Assembly (NCBI GenBank): GCA_015680685.1
Contig: MNCI01000266.1
Location: 333,439-394,040 of the forward strand
Direction: 5' to 3'
Source of the DNA: Gnetum montanum
Taxonomy: Eukaryota > Plantae > Gnetophyta
DNA length: 60,602 bases
This document shows positions 53,801 through 60,602 of this stretch, piece after piece. How positions within the stretch are numbered: the stretch's first letter is position 1; each line of letters begins with the position of its first letter. The translations under genes and the position numbers were made by a program. Under the pieces are notes generated by a model. The model was not told the origin of the DNA, searched no databases, and saw nothing but the letters and a program-made list of their open reading frames with translations.

Positions 53801-55840
53801 CGAGTCACAATATTTCCAACATGCAAGGATCCCAATTCTTCATTTATGAATCCTAGCCATGTTCAACCATTTATTTTTGGGGGATACCCCTTTTAATAAC
53901 AAGCAGGATTAACAAATATTTTTTATTTTCTTTAATTGTTAAAATTTTTGTTTTTTAGTTTTTCACTTTTCAACTTATTATTTAATCTTTTTGCCTTTTT
54001 ATCTTTTTATCTTTTTACCTTTTTATGAGTAATCTCATCTAGAAATAAAACACTCATGTGACCATTGGTTGAGGTGTTATTTTATGCTATCAAGTCTTAG
54101 GTGACTAATTATTTGAACAATGAGCCCACAACATCCATCCACCCATTCTATTAATAAGAGGTTCTACCCTGGGTACAATGATATTTCTAATCATAAAAGC
54201 TTAAAGTAATTTTGTGTTATTGTACCCAGAGCAAAGAAGGATGGGCCAAGAGGAAATGGTTAGGGTGTGACATCAAGGGAACTTATGGATTCTCTTTGGT
54301 GACATCTATAGGAGTTCTCATGCAGCTTGGTTGTACTAAGGTCCTTGTAGTTCTAATGTAAAATGGGAGTAAGAGTAATCAGAAGGCACTCAACTAGAGA
54401 AAAAATAATAATGCTATTCTAGGGGGTCCCACTAGAAAGACATGCACCCATGCCTGAAGGTAGGAAGCTTGTCTGGATTAAGCAATATTTCAAAAAATAA
54501 AAAAACATGTGTGCCACAAAGATCCAAATAACTCCTCCCTTGAACAAAATGCCAAGTGATCATATGCCTTGCTATCATGATGCTCTTATGATTTTCCATC
54601 ATTGAATACAACAATACAATGTCATTGATCAGAGAATGGACTTGATCTTGAGTTTGGAGCAATGGTTTAATGACACACTAATCATTCCTTACACGTAGGA
54701 TTCATTGTGCCTTGAGTTAGTTACCTCATGTCCCAATCTTTGCAATCCCTTCTATGATTTGACTCACATCGTTGTTCATGTAGTTGTGACTCAAGACTTG
54801 GGTAGCATGGGATTCACATCTCATCATGATGATATCTACATGTGTGTATTTTGTGAAATTGGTGTGGATTACATTTAACCCTTCTACTGCCTACAAACAT
54901 TTTAAGGTGTCGTTACGCAAGGGCATTATAGGTTGGAACCTACTTTGGGAAGGACCCACTTGCATAACCCTTGTAATTTTCACTTGTAACACACCTCTTG
55001 CACATCATCTTATATCCTCCAAGTATTACCAACATTCTTGTTTCCCTTATCATCCTTCTAGTTCAAATGTTCTTATGAGCCAACACATGTCCTTTTTCCT
55101 CCTCTTCATGATTTTCATTATCATATTTTACATCATTATATTTTTTCATGCCTTCAAAACTAGTTTATATTACCATGGATCCTTTACATTGACCAAAAAT
55201 CCTCAATTTATACCTTGGAGTTTCAAAAATTTATAGATTTTTCGAAGTACCCTATTTCCGATAGGACCCGATATCGAGTTGACCGTGATATCGGGTCCCC
55301 CCTAGCAGGTACATGATATTGTGTTCTTAAAATCTATATATATGGACCCCCACTATGAACGTCAACATAATTTGCACATGTTCACATAGGTGGATTTTTT
55401 CAAATTTTCTTCTACAACTTGTGATTGCACATCTCTTATTTTGATAACCAGAACTTGCTCACTAGCATTGCAATTTTCATTCCATCTAAACCTACTTGAA
55501 CCCAAAGTGTTCAACTTAGTTGTGAGGGAGGGTTACACACTAAATTGCATATAAATTTTTTGAAATTCATCATCGCCCAAAGGACACTATCAAGGGTAAT
55601 TAGTTATAAAAATAATAAACATGTGCCAAAAACAATTTCATCTCCTTATATATACCGAGAAATTAAATTTTGAAACCACCTAAGCAAAGTGGACCAAATA
55701 TTAAAACCTTTTGGGGACATTTCCATAAAATTTCTAACTTTAAATCACATAGAATAAAAAAAATTCATTAAGGTAAGAAGTAAGGCATAACTTAACTTTG
55801 ATAAGCAACCTTACTAATGATTGGCCTCGTGTGATTGTAG

Positions 55841-58662
55841 ATGGCCCCAAAGTGTGGACAATAGGAAGGTCCCTCTCAAGGTGCATCCAAGCAACCCAGG
55901 AGAGGTAGAGGATAGGCATCTACCAAACAACATACAGAGTAGGAGGCACAATCCTTCAGTATCCATCAAGAGACTCTTGCTACTATATAATTAGGATAGG
56001 AAAAAGGTGGAGTTCTTGTAGTGCCTGAATAGGGACAACACCTCATGTTGCCCCCAAAGTGTGTTTAGGCCATCCATGAAAGGTCCACATCAACTGTAGT
56101 GATCGTGGAATAAAATTTTGAACCCTTCATGGAATTTGCTCCTGAGGTCGTCAGGGACCAACTCAAAGGGCCCCCATTATGGCCTATCCTCTTTTAAAGT
56201 AGTGCATGGTACTTAGGAGAAATGTACCAATTTTGGCACAATAAAGAAGAAGGCACCATGGTTGACATTGGTGGTGTGTGTATTGATTTTTCTACCAAGG
56301 CCATTTCAGAAGTGTTAAACCTTCTGAATACAGGGCTAAAAGTTGCTTTCTTGTCCACTCGCTCCAATGCTGATGCACAAAAGGTTTGGTTGGATAGGGC
56401 ATACGGTAAGGAAGATAAGATATATGGAGAATTGATGCTGGAAAAGAGAATTTACTTCAAGATTAGTATTTATCACATCTTCCCCACAAAAGGATTAAAT
56501 AGGATTTCAATGTATGTGGCAAGAGGAAGTATGTTATTGATGGGAAAGGTTAATGCTAACCTACCTCATCTATATCTCATGGAGATCTTAAGGTGGTTTG
56601 AAAAACGCAAGATAGGGAAGTTCACATTGCCATTCCTTTGTCTCATCAGGAAGTTGTGCAAGCATGCTAGAATTCTGGGGTACACCATTGATGTTCCTAG
56701 AAGAGCCCAAAATTCTTTATTTGCTAAACTACTAAAGCCACCAACTCCAAGGAAAGGTGCTAGTGAGACACTGGTGCTAGAGCTAGAACAAGAGCAAGAA
56801 AAAATGGTGGGGCCCATTGTAAGTCAAATTGTAGGGCCTAGCCAACTTCCAAGTGTAGGGCCTAGTCAAAAACAAGAAGTAGGGCCCAATACGAGCCAAC
56901 AAGATCAACCACCACCACTACTGTAGGATTACCTATTGTCGATGAGCCACCTTAGGACCATCGCTAAGACAGTCAGTTGGGGGAATCATGATGATGCTAA
57001 TCTCTTCCATGTCAACGATGGTACCATAAATTCCACTATCTCTATAGATCATGCACAAGGTGAGGTGTCCATTTAGTGAGGTGTCCATTCAGATAGGAGG
57101 GGAGACTGATTGATCACAACAGATTTCAGGGAACGCTACATCTTTTTAGGTGCAACTCGAGATTGATGAAGTGGCCACAATGGTGGTCATGCAACACTAG
57201 GATGTAGTAGGAGCTGCATAAGTGATTGCAAATCACATCAAAGAATCCTTCAATGTTCCTATTGTGCCACCGATAGACTTCACAGGAGCACATGATGCTC
57301 AAACATTGGCCAGTCCCTCAATGACTCTTGCGAAGCATGAGGATGTGCTTGATCAGCTGTTGTAAACAAGAAAAGTGATGATGTCCTTGTTCAACATCCC
57401 ACAAGATGTCATAGAAACACAATCAAACCTCATCTCTACCAAGGGAAAGCAAGTCATGGTAGAGATCAGGGCTAACTAAGCATGCAGAAGCGAAGTTAGA
57501 AAAACTCTAAGAGAGGCTCATAACCCTACAAGCTGCACAGTGAGACCCCTCTCAATTCATTCCTGTAGACCAACTAGACATCTTCAGGACCGAGCAACTC
57601 AAAAAATTGTTTGAGGACAATAAGAGAGTGGTGGAGGAGAAAGAGAAGGCTGACTGGGATGCCTCCAAGGCACAAGTGCAAACCAATGTGCATGCCAAGG
57701 CACTCAGAGCCTTACAAGAGGAGAATAAATAGTTCGCTGTTGACAATCTTTGATTGAACACTTTGGAGAAATAGAAGAATTTTCTTGAAGAAAACTTTCA
57801 ATAGCTATGAGAAAAATTGATTAGGATCAATCAAGATATGAACCATTTGACCAGAGAAAATTGAACCCTCTCAATAGAGAAGTTATGTGCAATCCATTAG
57901 AAGATGGCCATTGAAATAAGCACGTGGCAAAATGAGACCAAGTGGCATGAAAAGTTAAAGGAGCATTTCCAAGACTAGGTGGGAATGTACAAGAAAGTCA
58001 TCAAGAAGGAGATCCATATGGCCAAGGCCCACATCAACGCTTTCAGTGCTCAACACACTGATTGGCAGGCCATATTGGACACATATGCATTTGTCCACTA
58101 GGCGAAACTTAAAAGCTGGGACCTAAAAATTAAAGATCTTACAGAATACATGGAATTGGCAAACCTAAAGTATGCCAATCTAGCCATGTTAATAGTAGGG
58201 CACCCAAGGATAGAGCTTGAGGGGCAGGTAGCTACCACCTATGCCAAATATGAAGTAAAATTTGCAGAGCACAAGAAAACATTGTAGAAGTTGGAAATTG
58301 CAAATTCTAAACTAGTGGTGGTTAAAGAAAGCTACCAAGGACAAAAAGATGTCACAACAGACTTGGCTCGATGGCTTACAAATTTTCAAGAGTATAGGGA
58401 CAAAGCTAGAGCCTACGAAGAGGAACAACAATTGTTTGCAGCCTGGTATGTTAAAGAAAATAAGATGTTCCTACAACTACCATGCCCACGGGAGGTGCCA
58501 ACTCCATCAAACATTGGAGCATTAGCATGGATGGCATAGGATCCCTGAATGGAAGAGGAAAAGCTCTAGGAATTACTTCAACATCATCAAATTCTAAAAC
58601 CTAGAACACAAGATAAAGGGAACCAATCCATGGAGGATCCACCACCACCTGGAACCACATGA
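55841..58662 (+). pseudogene. Long (~940 codon) accessory ORF2: Athila-ORF/Transposase_32-like N-terminus plus predicted coiled-coil C-terminus
   Basis: Branch point TACTAAT and acceptor TTGTAG directly before ATG GCC CCA AAG; open 234-aa stretch FWHN..VDIGGVCIDFSTKAISEVLNL..LPFLCLIRKLCKHA; E/K/Q/L-rich C-terminal half; scattered stops. Confidence 0.65.
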
Positions 58663-59639
58663 GTTTCACAAAATTTTGTAATTTTGTAATTTTTCATTTT
58701 TTGTGTTGTGTCCCAATTTTGTTCTATTGAGTTATCCACTATAGCACGAGTAAGTTCCTTGTTAGTCAATAATCCCATACCTATCCACTGTGTAATCAAT
58801 GGGGCTTGTTCTCATTTTGAATTTTTTTGGGATGTTTACATAGCAATTACTTCATCATTGCAGCATTCACTTAGTTTAATTAGTTAATTTTAATTATTAT
58901 TAAACATAGAATGAGTACGACTTAATCACAAGCATGTACGTGTGACTACTTAGTATCCTAGTAGCGTACTTGGGCCATGCACTTGGTAATCCTAGTGGTA
59001 GACGTGCACGAGGCCTAAGATGTATACAGATGATTAAGGAATAGATGCTCATTACACATAGGCTAGCTTAGAATCCCTCTCCCTATCTCCTCTTAGTATA
59101 GCTCTCTCTCTTCCTTTTCCCTCCTAGCTTAACTAAGATTATTTTCCATCACCTCCAGGACTAGCATTAGTTTAGGAACACATCATACACCTCACTCTGG
59201 ACTAAACCATATGTGACAAAGAAAATACTAGTCTAGGTGGGAAGACAACAAATTGTGATTAGTGAGTAACTATCTAGATACCAAAACTAGCTCATCTGCG
59301 AACTTCGACCGGATCGTGCATTAAACGTTCATATTCGTATGGTTGATGTTGGCACATTTGGCCATTTCATGGAACAGTAAGACTCATTTTAAATGTTATT
59401 GAAAGAATGGGAGAGTGTAAGTGTGCTATTTCATACCATTGGTATGAGATCTAGGGGAGACCATAATATTATTGGTGGAAATAATGATGCACAACAAGGA
59501 ATAAAGATTGCAAGAGATAATGTGGCAATAAAGAATGAATTAACAAGTAAGGAATTTTTCATTGTCAGAAATATGTTCAAGAATCAATCATTTGGGTATT
59601 GGCAAAGAATGAAAGGAGGAAACTGGAATTGAAAATTAA

Positions 59640-60602
59640 AAATTTAAAATCCTTGTTAACCATTGTTTAGTTCACGTTTGGCCCTGCCTTGCAAAAATAC
59701 TCTGCTGGGAAGCGTCATTTTCCAAAACAGTCAGCACAGCAATAGAAGTGTTCTTCTTAATCTGCAAATATCAGGCACAACTGGATTATTATCAGAATTG
59801 TTCTTGAAATGGCTCCGAAATGGCTCTGATCGGCATCGATGGTCTTGGTGGCAGCATAAACCACCCATCCAGCATTCAAGGCATTCGTTTTTCCTTTTCT
59901 TCCTACCGTGAACGCAGCCAACGGGTCTACTTCTTTGTCGCCGCTAATGCTGATGTTGTTCAGGATGTGAACTTCAAAGTGGACACAGGGAGGCTCTGGT
60001 CAGGGATAGTACATACAGACACTCCTACGATTCTGTGGATTCAAACCCCGGAATGAAAAAAATTACCCAGAAGATCCGGCCTGTTCACACCAAAACCCTC
60101 AAATCTGAACCTGTGTTTTAATATTCTGATCCTTATTATTCCGTGTGCATTTGCAAAAATGATCACCTTCATCCCATGTAAAATTCTGGCTGTGATTGCA
60201 CTGCAAAATCCATGGGCTGAAAACAAAGGCTGCAAAGAAATTAGTTCCAACGATAGGCGCATTTCTAGCTCGTCCCTGTAACTTCCAATAATTTGTGCAG
60301 GTTAGTTCCTCACCAAACAGGGCTTTTTTTCCCTTCTGAAGGACTCATTTCAAATTTTTAGGTGGTACATCATTCACTCCTCTTGGAACCTACCTTCCAA
60401 AATAGCAACCATGCCCAATGCTGATGCATTTGGTATCGCATACCAATCCGTTGAATACGGCAACAAAGACACAGAGGTACATCAAGACAAATATCAAGAG
60501 ATATTTTGGGCCGATGCTGGTAAACCGAAGTTGCAGTTTATCAAATAAAATTTTAAAATAATCACAAATTAACCAAATTAACCAACATATATATACATAT
60601 GT
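59640..60602. other. CpG-retaining, non-TE-like segment (possible host gene fragment or UTR)
   Basis: Many intact CG and CAG/CTG sites; only short ORFs with no recognisable family. Confidence 0.35.

Larger units (their letters stand above)
52480..59346 (+). mobile_element. Pol-less Athila-related element: gag, non-coding region, ORF2, R/U5
   Basis: gag homologous to 6900-7940; 54050-54420 homologous to 4650-5100; 58740-59346 homologous to the family's R/U5, truncated at GTATGGTTGA. Confidence 0.78.

Noticed and set aside
56222-56926. 234-aa ORF as an intact host gene
   Set aside because: It is the longest surviving stretch of a stop-riddled retroelement ORF2 spanning 55841-58662
59393-59632. 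79-aa ORF with IIGG resembling a LINE endonuclease motif
   Set aside because: No other endonuclease or RT motifs nearby

Overview
AT-rich plant (probably vascular-plant) heterochromatin made almost entirely of nested, mostly decayed LTR retroelements, with heavy CG/CHG C-to-T decay and a 744-N gap at 49981-50724. No intact host gene is recognisable. Main structures: (1) an old minus-strand Athila-like element (~300-13465) interrupted by a solo LTR (654-2337) and by a younger gag+protease-only relative with two LTRs and a perfect GTAGG target-site duplication (TSD; 2641-9762); (2) a truncated Ty3/gypsy element (~13930-17700); (3) an Athila-like element (17800-~47330) containing a chromodomain-bearing CRM-like Ty3 element (28400-45035). 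That element's 5' LTR holds a three-LTR tandem non-autonomous element (29301-33523, TSD TGTAG, tRNA-Asn primer-binding site, PBS). Its polypurine-tract (PPT)/3'-LTR junction holds a ~6.3 kb antisense endogenous caulimovirid genome (~37965-44252) that starts exactly at the viral tRNA-Met PBS; (4) a Ty1/copia fragment cut by a 196-bp fold-back U5-U5 LTR end (49362-49557); (5) after the gap, a gag plus long-ORF2 element in which ORF2 lies between a U3-like promoter and R/U5, flanked by two CpG-retaining, host-like segments. All coordinates and alignments were read by eye and no database searches were run.
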